Positions 40,076 through 52,905 are shown, counted from the first letter of the stretch. The stretch: DNA of 64,000 nucleotides from Ascidiella aspersa (GCA_963924565.1 OZ004608.1:23126001-23190000); one strand, 5' to 3'. Notes: a model not told the origin generated them from the letters alone. A program made the numbers and translations.

Positions 40076-43000
40076 ATTGTGGTAGGCTACCGCTCATAAA
40101 AGCTATAAAACAAATTATTATTAAAAGTACAATATTTATAAATTTCTGGGTGGCCATGGCCCCCCTGGCTACGCCTATGACAGCTACACATCTACTTCCT
40201 TTTAACAAATCTCTTTGAAAGTTGCGGGTTATTTTATTTTATTTTTTACTTTTTGGTCCAGTCGTCTGATGCAAAAGTTTTAAATTTGCAACAGGTCTGC
40301 CTTTATTTATGACTTCAACTTTAGAGCTTTACACTACAAGAAGTTAATGTAGAGTTCGTACACATACTATGCGGGCGCCGGGCATTCAAGCTGGACGAAG
40401 AAAGGTTTCATAGCTGGAACGTCACAATTGAGGCATGCCTCAAATTATAGCTAAATCGTTCATTATGTTTTCCGAGAGAATTAGCGAAAGAAAAAGGCAC
40501 GCATAATGCAGTGTATGTCACTTTTGTGATCTGAAGAGAGGCACGGCTTGGCGCTGCCTCTCTTTGTGTATTTCAATGATTTTCACCGGGTGAACGCTTG
40601 ATATGAATAACGCAACAGAAATAGAAGAAAAAAAAGTACACTTTGGGTATAGAAACGTAAAATTTGCGGTAGAGATATAACTGATGTAACTTTTGCTTGA
40701 TATATATTTTGCTTTGCCAGATGTTGACAGGTACGTCCCTGGTGGTAACATACGCGGATCGCCAAAAATCTAGCTCCTGTTAATTATTTCTAATTCCATA
40801 AAGATAGCCTATATCAGGAAAAAAAAACGTCCCTCAAAACATCATCGTGATAAAACGCATTCTCGAAGAAAGAATGATGCCACCACAAATTCTAGCTAAT
40901 TATTTTTATAATCGAGGGGGGCCACGAGGACTAAAAGCCTTTCTAAGGGGGCCACGAGGCATAAAAGGTTGAGAACCGCTGGCCTATATATTAAGGGCAC
41001 AAATAATGCGTCGCGATCCAAATTAAGTTGTAGGCCTACAATTCACTTTTGGTTATGAAAATCTTAAAGCGACGTATTTTTTATGATTTATGGTTTGCAG
41101 TAGCACAAAAAAACAAATTAAACGCAAAACTGACCCTGTTTTTACTTTTACTTTTGCGATAAATTTGTCTTACAATATCTTTCTCAATGTTTATTTTAAC
41201 ATCACGTAATACTTAAACTTCACCACGGAAATTAAACTTCACCACGAAAAGTTACTTCAGTTATTCGATATGTTACTCCCGCGTCAATGGACGATATAGT
41301 TGAAAGTGTTCTAGATTCGTAACCATCGAAAAAACAAGTGATTTCTTATACCTAGTCGCAACATATTCGCAATACGTGAGATAAATTTCGTAAGTGTGAA
41401 ATATTGGGCTCCCTGGTATTTTGTGAATAGGGCTCTCCCCTAATAACACATTGCACTGTTTCCATTAATATATTAGCATATTATACAGTTTTCGATCTTG
41501 TCCATAATATATTTCCTAAAGTTGGTTTACATGTTTGCCACTTTACGGAGGGAGAGTACTATTGTTCCCAAAAGCCAATACCTCTGAATAAGAACAGCAA
41601 AATCCAAGCCGGTTACTTTATTTTTTTTAAGTAAGTTTTGTATTACGGTATCGACTGTTTCTCTTAAAGTGTATGTGTATATTGAGACTGGTCATTGTCA
41701 ATTAATTACTCATCCATTGATCGTGAATCGTGCATCGTCTTATTCCGAAAAAGTGCTCGATAACTCGTATAAAAGCTCTTTTTTAGACGAAACATATGAC
41801 GTCATAATGATTAGACGAAACATATGGCGTCCTAATGACATCACGAACTTCAATTTTAGGGAGTTTCATTACCACGAGAAAATTCAAAATTTAACCATAA
41901 TTTTGGAAACGTATTACATAAATGTTAAGTAAATAGTCTTTAATGTACGAGCAAATTTAACCGGACGGCTGCTTTTTGAAATACAAATTTACCTATTAAA
42001 TGTACCTTTGTGTCTAAAAGTTTAATATTATTATACCGACAAATTGACTAACGCAAGGAAACACTTGTAAAAGATCAATATTTTTTAGTAACGTACCGGT
42101 ATTTTACAAAAATCCAGACAAGCCTAGTTTATTTTGTCTGATGAACTGTGATATAATTGACCTGTGAACTGTAATATAAAGTTTATTAAATAGTAATTTG
42201 TCGCTTTGAGATTAACAAAAAGTGTGTAATTTATAAACTTTTTTTGATAATAAACGTTATGCTGCAACTGAGAGACAACTTTTTTTCAAAAAGATGTTTC
42301 TCATTATATGAAAGGACGATAAGTTGACGACTAGTAACGTTTTCTCTTGGACGACAACGCTTGCATTGCCCATATGCAATGATTTACTGCAAACCATGCT
42401 TCATATAGGTAGGCTACATTTTACAGTTGTGTGCATTGCATGTAGTTACGTCTTACAACCAAAACAGGTTTAGTGCCGAAGCAATTGAAATTCGTTATAA
42501 CAGGCTTTATTTTATATAATAAACGGGCTAAATATTAAAATGTAACGCCTCTGGTAAAAATGTTTGTTCTCCAACGTTTACCAAGCTATTTTATTTTTTA
42601 ACTACAGATTTGCTACAGCGTTTCAATTAGAGATGTCTACCGAGAAGCATTTGCAGGCTCTTGCGCGGTTTGGCAAAGTTGCAACACAGCGCCGAGTAAA
42701 CAAATCTGCATATATTACTGCACCGTACCGCATACCGTGTGTTGTATTGTAGAGTTTTTTTATTAGTAATTAACGTTAAATAGAGATTAAATATCAACCA
42801 TAAAACGTATATAGGCTATTATGTTCTCGAAGTGTTGTATCCATTGCAGAATGCAGGTATATATACATTTATTGTATATAATGCTTACTTTTTACAAAAA
42901 TGTGCTCTTATAAAACCCAACTCTGTTAAATCCAACATCACCATTCAAATACAATCGTTTATCATCTAACAATTTAATAAGATTCCCGAACGTTGCCGTA

Positions 43001-45421
43001 CAGTGCAGCTTAGGATTTCGAAAACAATTTGCTGTGCGGTGCTGTGCTGTGCAGCTTGCAAACAATTTCTTAAAATGCAGTGCGGTCCGTGAACACAAAT
43101 TTTCTCCCAGCATTATCTCTTGTTGTACTCTACCTCTGTTGGCAAAAGTATTCTTTGTAAACAATTCACATTTAGTATAATTTAGGTAAACACCGCCTCA
43201 TGCGGTAACCAAGTCGTCTCATTTTTTTGCTGGAAACGTATAGGCGTTTTGTTTTGCTAAAGTTTTTGAACTGCTAAGGCTTTATTATTAATGTCTTAAC
43301 AAAAGTAATTTAAAGCTTAGTTTAAAACCAACTGTATCAAGTTACATTTGCTGTGCATTTAAAAGTTATTTGAACCCAACATTTGCTCAGTATATAATAA
43401 TCTTAAGAATCATCATTAGAGTACTTTTCATTTGTAACGGCAAATGTTTTCATAGTGCCACAATAATTAGCCTGAATATAATGTTACAATTACAGTGTGA
43501 CTTAGTAACTATAATATACACAATCTTTAATTGAAGATCCAGGCACAAAACTATTCGGTGAGACTTATTTTGTTGTTTGCTTGTGTAAAGTGTATATATA
43601 ATATGCCCATTCGTTAATTTTGGAAAATCGATAACTCGCCTGTATAGACTATTTGCTCGTCCTGCCAATTGCAGCATTAAAATCTTGTCACCAATAATAA
43701 AATTCGTTGGATGATACCTTTGTGAAGTTTTGGGGGAGAGAACCGTACTTGTATATAGGAGAGCAAGTTTTTGAAAAGTTAAACCTGAAGTACCCGATCG
43801 GGCGTCTGCGCAGGTCTGGGGAGCGGAAGTAGACGTTTTACAACCTCTATGCAAAATTGTTTAGTGGAACACCTACGACCTACGTTATACTACAAGCTTT
43901 CGTTGAACCTCAAATAAAAGTGTTTGTGGATGACTGCACGTGATGCCATAAATATAAATCTAAAAAAACTGTCGTTCTTTCGCAAAGCCGCTCAATTATG
44001 CAGGCAAACTCCTAAAGAAAAAATGCGGCTATTAGATGGTTTAAATGTCATAACTTTCAATTTCAAAGAATTCGTGACCCCAGGAGATGAAAAGAAGGCT
44101 ATAAATGCTGATGCGCCCACTTATACAGGTACAGTACCGTAATATAGTCTCTCAATGGTTGATTGCAACTTAAGCTATCTATTTTATATCGGTTAAGGCT
44201 CACGGTTTTAACACACAACCCCTTTCATTGTGGCACCGGTCAGTCGGCGGTTGATAACCACTTTTTTAGAGGACGTTTTTGCCAAACCCCTGAATAACAA
44301 CCAAGGCTAGTCAGCAAATAATTTCTGGCAGATTATTTCAACGTCAAAATAAACTTAATTACGTATATTTTTTTCGAAAAAAATTTTTACCACCATCTTG
44401 AGAATGGACTATATTTCTTAGATTTTGAAAAAAAAAATTAATATTCGAAAAAATATTAATATTCAATATTAATATTCGCCATAAAAAATAAATTAAAATT
44501 TTCATCCCAGGTTGAAACTCATATTTTTGAGTAGCGCAGGAGTAAACCTTTCCAATGATGCCTCGCTTGCTATAAATTTGTTGGGGAGTAAGGGTTTAAT
44601 TCGGCAAAAACCGATAGTAATATTCATGACATATCGCGATAATTTTTGAAAGTCTCTAGTACCCTTATTAAAAATCACAATCGAACGAAACTTTCACACG
44701 TTCATTTTCAAAGACGTAGTTTGTCAAAGAACAAAAAAAATTTAAAAATTTTTAAAGTTTTAAAAATTTCATATTAATCTATTAATAGTCCCGATATCGC
44801 GATTTTTCACCCCAAAAACATCCGACCACAATAGGCACAAATAACTTTCATCCCACCATAAAACCAAACACATTGCATAGACATTGATCTCACCTTTCCA
44901 ATGATGCCTCGCTTGCTATAAATTTGTTGGGGAGTAAGGGTTTAATTCGGCAAAAACCGATAGTAATATTCATGACATATCCCAATAATTTTCCAAAGTT
45001 TCTATGACATATCGCGTTGCCTTTGTTTTGAATTAAGCGCGTAGTGCTAAAAAATTCCTTTGTTTAATCAATTGTTAGACCTCATTGTCCTTCTGCGAGT
45101 TTTTTTCTGTCTCTGCAAGATACTATTGTTCTTCTAAAAGCTAAAGGATGTTATCACTTCGCACCAATTTTAGCACTATCGGTATGAAGCGAAAAAGTTC
45201 TTATGGACCACAGCTTTTTATAAGTTCAATTTCATGGTCATTTCATTTCAGTTTTAAGATCGTGATGAGTATACATTATATAAAGCATGGTTTAATCAAG
45301 CAGGAACTGTTGCTGAATTCTATTTTCAAATAAGTGGAATCCAGTAGTGTTTTTGTCAAATGCGCATTGAAATAGATAATTTAATTCAAGGAATATTTGC
45401 TCTTTGACCAGTGGTGTTTCA

Positions 45422-46574
45422 ATGAGTAAGAACTCTCAGGCATGTCCTAATATCGTTAACGAACGCAATAAAAAAATTAAATTTGACACCCGTATTTTAA
45501 GTAAACATTCAATTAGCTTCAGGAAAATCAGTATTTTTTCCCCAGGTTTCTCGCTGTTCGGAAGATTGTGGGACACGCGCGGTGAAAAAAGCTTCATTCA
45601 AGCCTGTGGTGGGTAAAGCAAATGTTACCCTTCGATAACTGTAAAAACACTAATGATTTTGAATTTTCTAGACCTTTCCGCGGGCACCAATGTGCGAAGC
45701 ACCACCAGTTGCATCGAAGTTGTTTTTTGGTTTTCCCGCGAACGTGGTGTGTCTGTGAAAACGCTTGTGTGTATAACAATTTCTAAACACTGCTTTATGT
45801 ATTTTCTTGTAGAAGACGGTTGGAGCACGGACATTTGCTCCACCGACCAACGGACCGAGGATAAAGGTATCCACCAATGCGGTAAGTGTTTTTTGCAAAA
45901 CTATTGGTTGTCAAAGTAGGTGTGCTGAATCATCTAACTATATTTTCTTGTAGAAGACCGTTGGAGCAGGGGCATCTGCTCCTTCGTTTAGCGGGTCAAC
46001 GGAAAAGGTACCTACCCCTGGGGTGAGTTGTTCTTTTGCAAAACTTTAATCATCTGTCAATGCTTAGTTTAAATCACAAATGTATTTACTTTCAGGGGGA
46101 GGAAAATGGGTGGATAGTCGTGGGTTCAAGGAGGTCAAGAAAAGTCACACCCACCCTTGCGGTAAGTTTTGTTGCAAAACTTTTGGTTGTCAAAGTAGGT
46201 GTGCTGAGTCATCTAACTATATTTTTTTGTAGAGGACCGTTGGAGCACGGACATGTGCTCCTTCGACCAGCGGGCTAAAACAGGAGGACTCCAAGCCTGT
46301 GGTAAGTGCTGTGGTTCAACTCTATATTGTCCTCAATACTTTAGTAGTTTAGATTGGATCGTCTAACTCTGTCTTCTTGTAGAGGAACGTTGGAGCAACG
46401 ACCTCTGTTCCATCGAACAATGAGCTCAAACCCACGAGTGCTTTAACAGATTATTATTTTTGCAGAGAGATTCAACGAATTTATGGCGGTGCCCTTAGTA
46501 CATTATCGAATGATGATAAGATAAAGTCGATAAAGGTCGCCATTGAATCGTTCGATGGACTATTGATAGATTAA
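45422..46574 (+). CDS. Predicted spliced gene inside the foldback element, about 206 aa, repetitive and low complexity, function unknown
   Basis: Phase-0 exons 45546-45608, 45672-45746, 45813-45881, 45954-46022, 46096-46161, 46233-46301 and 46383-46574 are all open in one frame, with GT-AG introns of 63-81 nt. Putative first exon 45422-45439 (MSKNSQ, GC donor). Confidence 0.7.
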
Positions 46575-47493
46575 TATGAAATTTTTAAAACTTTAAAATT
46601 TTAAACATTTTTTTTGTTCTTTGACAAACTACGCCTTTGAAAATGAACGTGTGAAAGTTTCGTTCGATTGTGATTTTTAATGAGGGTACTGGAGACTTTC
46701 AAAGATTATCGCGATATGTCATGAATATTAATATCGGTTTTTGCCGAATTAAACCCTTACTCCCCAACAAATTTATAGCAAGCGAGGCATCATTGGAAAG
46801 GTGAGATCAATGTCTATGCAATGTGTTTGGTTTTATGGTGGGATGAAAGTTATTTGTGCCTATTGTGGTCGGATGGTTTTGGGGTGAAAAATCGCGATAT
46901 TGGGACTATTAATAGATTAATATGAAATTTTTAAAACTTTAAAATTTTTAAATATTTGTTTGTTCTTTGACAAACTACGCCTTTGAAAATGAACGTGTGA
47001 AAGTTTCGTTCGATTGTGATTTTTAATGAGGGTACTAGAGACTTTCAAAGATTATCGCGATATGTCATGAATATTAATATCGGTTTTTGCCGAATTAAAC
47101 CCTTACTCCCCAACAAATTTATAGCAAGCGAGGCATCATTGGAAAGGTGAGATCAATGTCTATGCAATGTGTTTGGTTTTATGGTGGGATGAAAGTTATT
47201 TGTGCCTATTGTGGTCGGATGTTTTTGGGGTGAAAAATCGCGATATCGGGACTATTAATAGATTAATATGAAATTTTTAAAACTTTAAAATTTTTAAAAT
47301 TTTTTTTGTTCTTTGACAAACTACGTCTTTGAAAATGAACGTGTGAAAGTTTCGTTCGATTGTGATTTTTAATAAGGGTACTAGAGACTTTCAAAAATTA
47401 TCGCGATATGTTATGAATATTACTATCGGATTTTGCCGAATTAAACCCTTACTCCCCAACAAATTTATAGCAAGCGAGGCATCATTGGAAAGG
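46558..47493. repeat. 346-bp tandem repeat (about 2.7 units) in the right TIR; about 1.3 inverted units at 44546-45000
   Basis: CATCATTGGAAAG ends at 46800, 47146 and 47492; the inverse ACCTTTCCAATGATG starts at 44546 and 44892. Confidence 0.92.
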
Positions 47494-48492
47494 TTTACTC
47501 CTGTGCTACTCAAAAATATTAGTTTAAACCTGGGATGAAATTTTTAATTTATTTTTTATGGCGAATATTAATATTTTTTCGAATATTAATTTTTTTTTTC
47601 AAAATCTAAGAAATATAGTCCATTCTCAAGATGGTGGTAAATTTTTTTTTGAAAAAAATATACGTAATTAAGTTTATTCTGACGTTGAAATAATCTGCCA
47701 GAAATTATTTGCTGACTAGCTTTTGGTCTGAATAACGTCATTTAGCCTTTCCACATGGCCGCTTCAAAGGTGGCTTTAAAGGTGGCCTGGCCACCTTTGC
47801 CTCCGAAAAAGCCACTTTTCCGCCAAAAAGGTGGCTTTTCGCTGGCCCTACTCCAGAGTAGGTCCAGGCCACTGTGGCTTTTGCGAAAGGTGGCTTTTGG
47901 GTGTGCGTATCGTAAGGTTTTCGGTTTGCACGGTTCACCTTCTACCTAATTTCGGTTTATGTGTTATCAAGTGACGATTTTTGCGCAGCCATGCGTTCCA
48001 TAGCGAAAGCAAGGTACATTTTAGTGACAAAAGGTGTATTGTAATTAAAATTTATTGTATAGTTAACGGTTTTATAAAACTGTGTGCTAGGTTCACCTTA
48101 TTTTGTACTTTGCAACACACGTTGCTGTGATTTAAACCATCAGTTTTTTTGCGCGACAAAGCTATTTGCACCTGCCACAACGTGTTTGGAGAGGTCAGCA
48201 GCACATGCCTTGTTATGGAAAAAATAATTTTGCTGAAGAACCCGCAGTTGCTTTAGAGTTAAATTGCAGTATGTTTATCTGTTTTTTGGGGGGTATTGTA
48301 TATTTTCTAAATCACTCCGGTAAGTGTGTGATGCTATATTTTGCTAACAACTTACCAACAATATTTTTGGGTTGTTTTAGCAACTGTTCTGTATTTTAAT
48401 TATTTTGTTACAAAACAAAAGTGTTCTATTTCCTAACTTCAATTCTCTTTACTAGCTTGCCATGAATTCTAGGGCAAAATGGTCAGAACAAG

Positions 48493-48800
48493 TGAAGTAA
48501 CTAACAATAAACGTCGTCAAGTTCGTTTACTATAGCTTTAATCAACAATTTACAACATAGAGTGCTGTAACAAAAAGAACGTTATTGGTAACGAATATAA
48601 AAGAGTACCCAATAAGAGAAACTGACAAAGACTGACGAAGCATAGTAAAGTTACGCGAGTTATAAAGGGAAGGAAAGAATGTAACAAGACGCGGGACGTA
48701 TAATGATAATTACGGAGAGAGGCAAGGAAAAGAAAGGAGAAACGCACAGAAGCAAATAGCATAGAAATCAGAGTGAACAATAGAAACATAAATCATTACA
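48493..48800 (-). repeat. 3' LTR
   Basis: 306/308 identical to 52598-52905. Confidence 0.95.
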
Positions 48801-48826
48801 TTCATCCCTTCTAGATAAAAGACCCT

Positions 48827-51800
48827 TCAGACAGTCCAGTCTCCGTAGCGGACAGGAGCCCGACGTTCACGACCCGATCGTCGGATGTCGGGGAGAGGTA
48901 CCTCGACTCCAGGAGAGGAGGCGGGTTCCGAGGTCGGTTCATCTTCAACCGGTACCGGTGCCTCGCCTTCAGAGGTCCGAGAGGTTTCGGCGTCGCAAGG
49001 GGGAAAAGCGTCTTGGAGCGACTCAGGAGAACCAGGACACGGAGCGAGGTCGGATGTAGAGACTGTACTTTCGCGCCCATCAGAAAACCGAACATGGGCG
49101 TAGGATGGATTCGCGTCGAGCAATGTGACAGGGTCACACTGGGGCTCTCCCTTGGTTCGAACAAACCTACGTAAAAGAACAACACCACGATTAAGTAGCC
49201 ACGAAGGCATAGCGGTACCGGTTAAAGCTCGTCTCGGGAAACGGAGGAATCTTTCATGAGGTGTTTCGTTAGTCGCCGTACAGAGAAGCGAACGAATAGC
49301 GTGAAGAGCCTCTGGCAACACTTCCCCCCAGCGGTTGCCTGACAGACCACGACTGTGAAGTAGAAGTTTAATAGTTCTGCAAACCGTTTGGTTTGTCTTT
49401 TCGCACTGACCATTACCTTGTGGATGATAGGGCGTTGATTTACTGTTGCAATGCCCCGAGTAGTAAGAAACTGACGAGTTTCTTTGCTGATAAAAGAAGT
49501 CCCACGATCACTGTGAATATATTCGGGAAAACCGAATAAACAGAAGAGGACGGAGAGACACTCGATGACGGAGCGGGACGTCATGTCTCTGCAAGGAAAA
49601 ACAAACGGATATCGACTATACTCGTCAACTAGCACTAGAAGGTACGGATTCGGTCCCTGTACAGGACCCTTGAAGTCCATGCTCAGTCGCTCCCACGATC
49701 TCGTTGCTTTGACCAGATCCCGAGGTTCCGGTCTGTAGAAACGTGGTTTTAGTTCGGCGCAAGAGCGACAGTTACGCCCGACGGCTTTGGTTTCCTCGGG
49801 AGTGAACGGCAGGTTCTTACTTTTTATGAAGTGATACATACGGGCGTATCCCGGATGTCCCATCGCTTTATGCAACTCCTCAAGATTTCGCGTAGAACCT
49901 GTGAAAGCACATACCCGTGATAGAGCGTCGGGGACCACGTTTTGGACACCAGGGCGATGACGGATATCGTAAGAATATTGACCCAACTCTAGCCTCCACG
50001 AAGTGATCTTGGCGTTTTTAATTTTACCTCGATTGGTTCGGTCGAACATATAGGACACAGACTTTTGATCAGTGATGAGAGTAAAACTTCGGCCCTTTAG
50101 AAAGTGAGCCCACTTGCGGACTGCTTCGACAATGGCGGTCGCTTCCTTCTCAATAGCAGGATAGTTCCGCTCATACTTGCTAAGAGTACGTGACATAAAA
50201 GCTACCGGGCGCCCGTTCTGAGATAAAACTGCAGCAATAGCGAAGTCAGAAGCATCGGTTTCCACCTCGAAGGGAACGCCGTCGCGAATAGCCCCAAGAG
50301 TTATCCTTTCGAGCTCAGTCTTTAAATCACGGAAGGAACGGATGGCCGTCTCATTCAGAGGAAAACGATTTGCAGTGAGCAAAGGCTGTACGCGACGAGA
50401 AAAGTCCTTGATCCACTTAGCGTAGTAGGAGAACATCCCCAAGACGCGTTTCAAGGCTTTGGGTGACGTGGGTGGCGAGAGCTCGAGAAGAGGCTGTAGA
50501 CGTTGAGGATCCGGCTGTATTTTGTTTTGACTAATCCGGTATCCCAGGAAATCTAAAGAACTACGGCGAATCATTGACTTCTCTTCATTAAGAGTGAGAT
50601 TCTGCCGAGCAGCAGCTTGAAGTAGAGCTCGAAGGTTGCTGTCATGTTCCTCCAAAGTCGAACCCGTTACAGTTATGTCGTCGAGATAGGCATAGACCTT
50701 TTTCAGCTTATTAGCTTCAATAAACTCGTCAATAGCGCGCTGAAACGCGGCGACCCCATCAGTGACGCCGAACGGCAGGCGTTTGTATTGATACAGTTTT
50801 CCGCCAGCTTCAAAAGCCGTGTAGTGTCGCTCACCAGGTAACAACGGAACTTGATGATAAGCGGAACGCAGGTCGAGCGAACTAAAGAACTTATCTTGAG
50901 CGACCTTGTTTACTATTTCCTCAATCTTCGGCAATGGATAGGCGTCCAACTGGGTAAATCGGTTTATGGTGAGAGAGTAGTCGACAACCAGTCTCTTCTT
51001 GTTACCACGAGAAACCACTAGTACAGGAGCTCTCCAAGGAGAACGAGCAGGTTCTATAATATCAGACTCTAAGAGACGCCTGATCTCATCATTGATAAAC
51101 TTCCAGTCTTCTTTACTATATCGACGAGAGCGTGCAGCTATGGGAGTACAACCTGGAAGCAAAAACTCAAATAGGCGAGGGGGGGTTTAAGTCAGCGACG
51201 GCCAAAGAAAGGTGGGATAAATCATTGAATCCAATTTTCAGGGGTGCTTCCGATCCACCCATGAAGAAACTAACCTCGATATGTTTCTTCAGAAAGTCCT
51301 GACCGAGAACAACGTCAGCGCAAAGGTCATCTAAAACACTAAAGGTTAGGAGGTATGATCGACCTAGTAGGGCTATGGTAGCGGTGGTTCTTCCCGAAGT
51401 AGCGATAGAGAGACGAGAGGAGGCCATGGAAATGGAGGAGTGGGGTCCGAAGGTCTTCAGACGAAGCTTGGTGGCTAACCTTTTGTTGACAAAGTTTTCG
51501 GAAGCCCCGGATTCGATCAAAACTTGGACCGGAGTGGATTGTAGAGTCGCATCGACTAACGCAGGACCCAGACAGGAAGGAGCACCGGCCAGGAACGAGG
51601 GCGGAAGATGACCGGAAATCATGGAAGAACCAACGGCGGTAGGAGACGCGGGTCGTGGATTCACTCGGCGGGAGGAATTCGAAGAACGACTCTGGCAGAC
51701 TCGTGAAAAGTGTCTCTTTTTTCCACATTGGTAACAAGTAGCGTTACGGGCAGGACAGGTCGCGCGGCTGCTGTGCTGTCCACCACCGCAGAAATAGCAC

Positions 51801-52503
51801 AAGTTACCTTTAGCTTTTAAGCTTAAGGAACACAAGTTACCTTTAGCTTTTAAGCTTAAGAAACAGACTCGGGAGAAGTGGCGGAACTTCCATTCCCGTC
51901 GCTTTCCAGCTCTTTAAAGGCGGGAACAGACGCCACAGAAGGAATTGTCTTGCCCATCAAAACAGACTGCTGCTGCGCTTTGGACAGGCTTTCGGCAAGC
52001 TGAGAAGCCTTAGTTAAATCAAGATCTTCTATTTCCAAGAGACGTTGACGGATGAACGGAGCCGAAAGACCGTTTATGAAAGCATCTCTGGTAAGATCGT
52101 CTTTGTATTGATGAGCCGATACTGGAAGAAAAGTACAATCCTTCGCTAAAAGTTTAAGTTCCCGCAAATACTCCGCGAGTGTCTCGTCGGAGCCTTGATG
52201 ACGACTTACAAGTAGATAGCGAGCGAATACGTTATTTTTCTTCTTCACGTACATTTGTTTTAAAGTACTGACGATTTCTTCGAAGGAGTCAACATCCTCT
52301 ACATAAGAGAATATGTCTGGAGATAAACAGTTGACAATGATGCGCTTCCTGTTTGCAGCGGAAGTGGTGTTATCGCCTTCGTCGAGATGGTCGATAAAGT
52401 CGTTAACGGAGCGTAACCAATACGCGAAGTGTCGAGCAGCATTAGGAGCTTCGGGCTCGATCGTCAAAGTTTTAGGCCGCAAAAGTTGTCGGTTTTCCAT
52501 CAT
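48827..52503 (-). pseudogene. gag-pol: gag-pol polyprotein disrupted by three frameshifts
   Basis: Gag; two zinc knuckles (e.g. CYQCGKKRHFSRVC); protease LIESGA; RT YLDD; RNase H ETDAS; integrase HHCC and D,D,E. Frame breaks at about 51860, 51180 (G7 run) and 49444. Confidence 0.92.
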
Positions 52504-52597
52504 GGAAATGTTGTTGATTAAATTGAAGTCTTTTATATTGTCTTTTATATTCGTTACTAATAACGTTCTTTTTGTTACAGCACTCTATGTTTTAAAT

Positions 52598-52905
52598 TGA
52601 AGTAACTAACAATAAACGTCGTCAAGTTCGTTTACTATAGCTTTAATCAACAATTTACAACATAGAGTGCTGTAACAAAAAGAACGTTATTAGTAACGAA
52701 TATAAAAGAGTTCCCAATAAGAGAAACTGACAAAGACTGACGAAGCATAGTAAAGTTACGCGAGTTATAAAGGGAAGGAAAGAATGTAACAAGACGCGGG
52801 ACGTATAATGATAATTACGGAGAGAGGCAAGGAAAAGAAAGGAGAAACGCACAGAAGCAAATAGCATAGAAATCAGAGTGAACAATAGAAACATAAATCA
52901 TTACA
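52598..52905 (-). repeat. 5' LTR with TATAA (52765-52769), Inr-like TCAGT (about 52738) and ATTAAA (52642-52647)
   Basis: Direct reading; TATA-to-Inr spacing is about 31 nt. Confidence 0.93.

Larger units (their letters stand above)
44299..47727. mobile_element. Foldback/Mutator-like (MULE) non-autonomous DNA transposon with long modular TIRs
   Basis: About 700 bp of near-perfect terminal inverted repeat; 9-bp TSD CTGAATAAC (44290-44298 and 47728-47736); no transposase ORF. Confidence 0.9.
48493..52905 (-). mobile_element. Full-length Ty3/Gypsy LTR retrotransposon (4413 bp)
   Basis: 308-bp TG...CA LTRs differing at 2 positions; 5-bp TSD ACAAG (48488-48492 and 52906-52910); order gag-PR-RT-RH-IN; PPT AGAAGGGATGAA (48801-48812). 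Confidence 0.97.

Noticed and set aside
31000-44200. Numerous 60-130 aa ORFs in the intergenic stretch
   Set aside because: Mostly non-ATG, AT-biased composition, and no consistent splice chain or motif.
45806-46400. Regularly spaced repeats resembling a CRISPR array
   Set aside because: Eukaryotic DNA with no cas genes; the repeats are degenerate and coincide with splice acceptors and exon starts.
48550-48789. 79-aa hydrophobic ORF (also 52655-52894) as env or membrane protein
   Set aside because: It lies wholly within the T-rich LTR strand and starts upstream of the predicted TSS, so it is a compositional artefact.
51167-51190. Programmed ribosomal frameshift between protease and RT
   Set aside because: Removing one base from the 7-nt homopolymer restores NPPRLFEFLLPGC. 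This is a +1 indel, not a canonical -1 slippery site.
48811-52600. Overlapping and antisense ORFs across the Gypsy element
   Set aside because: Shadow frames of GC-richer coding sequence with no independent signal.
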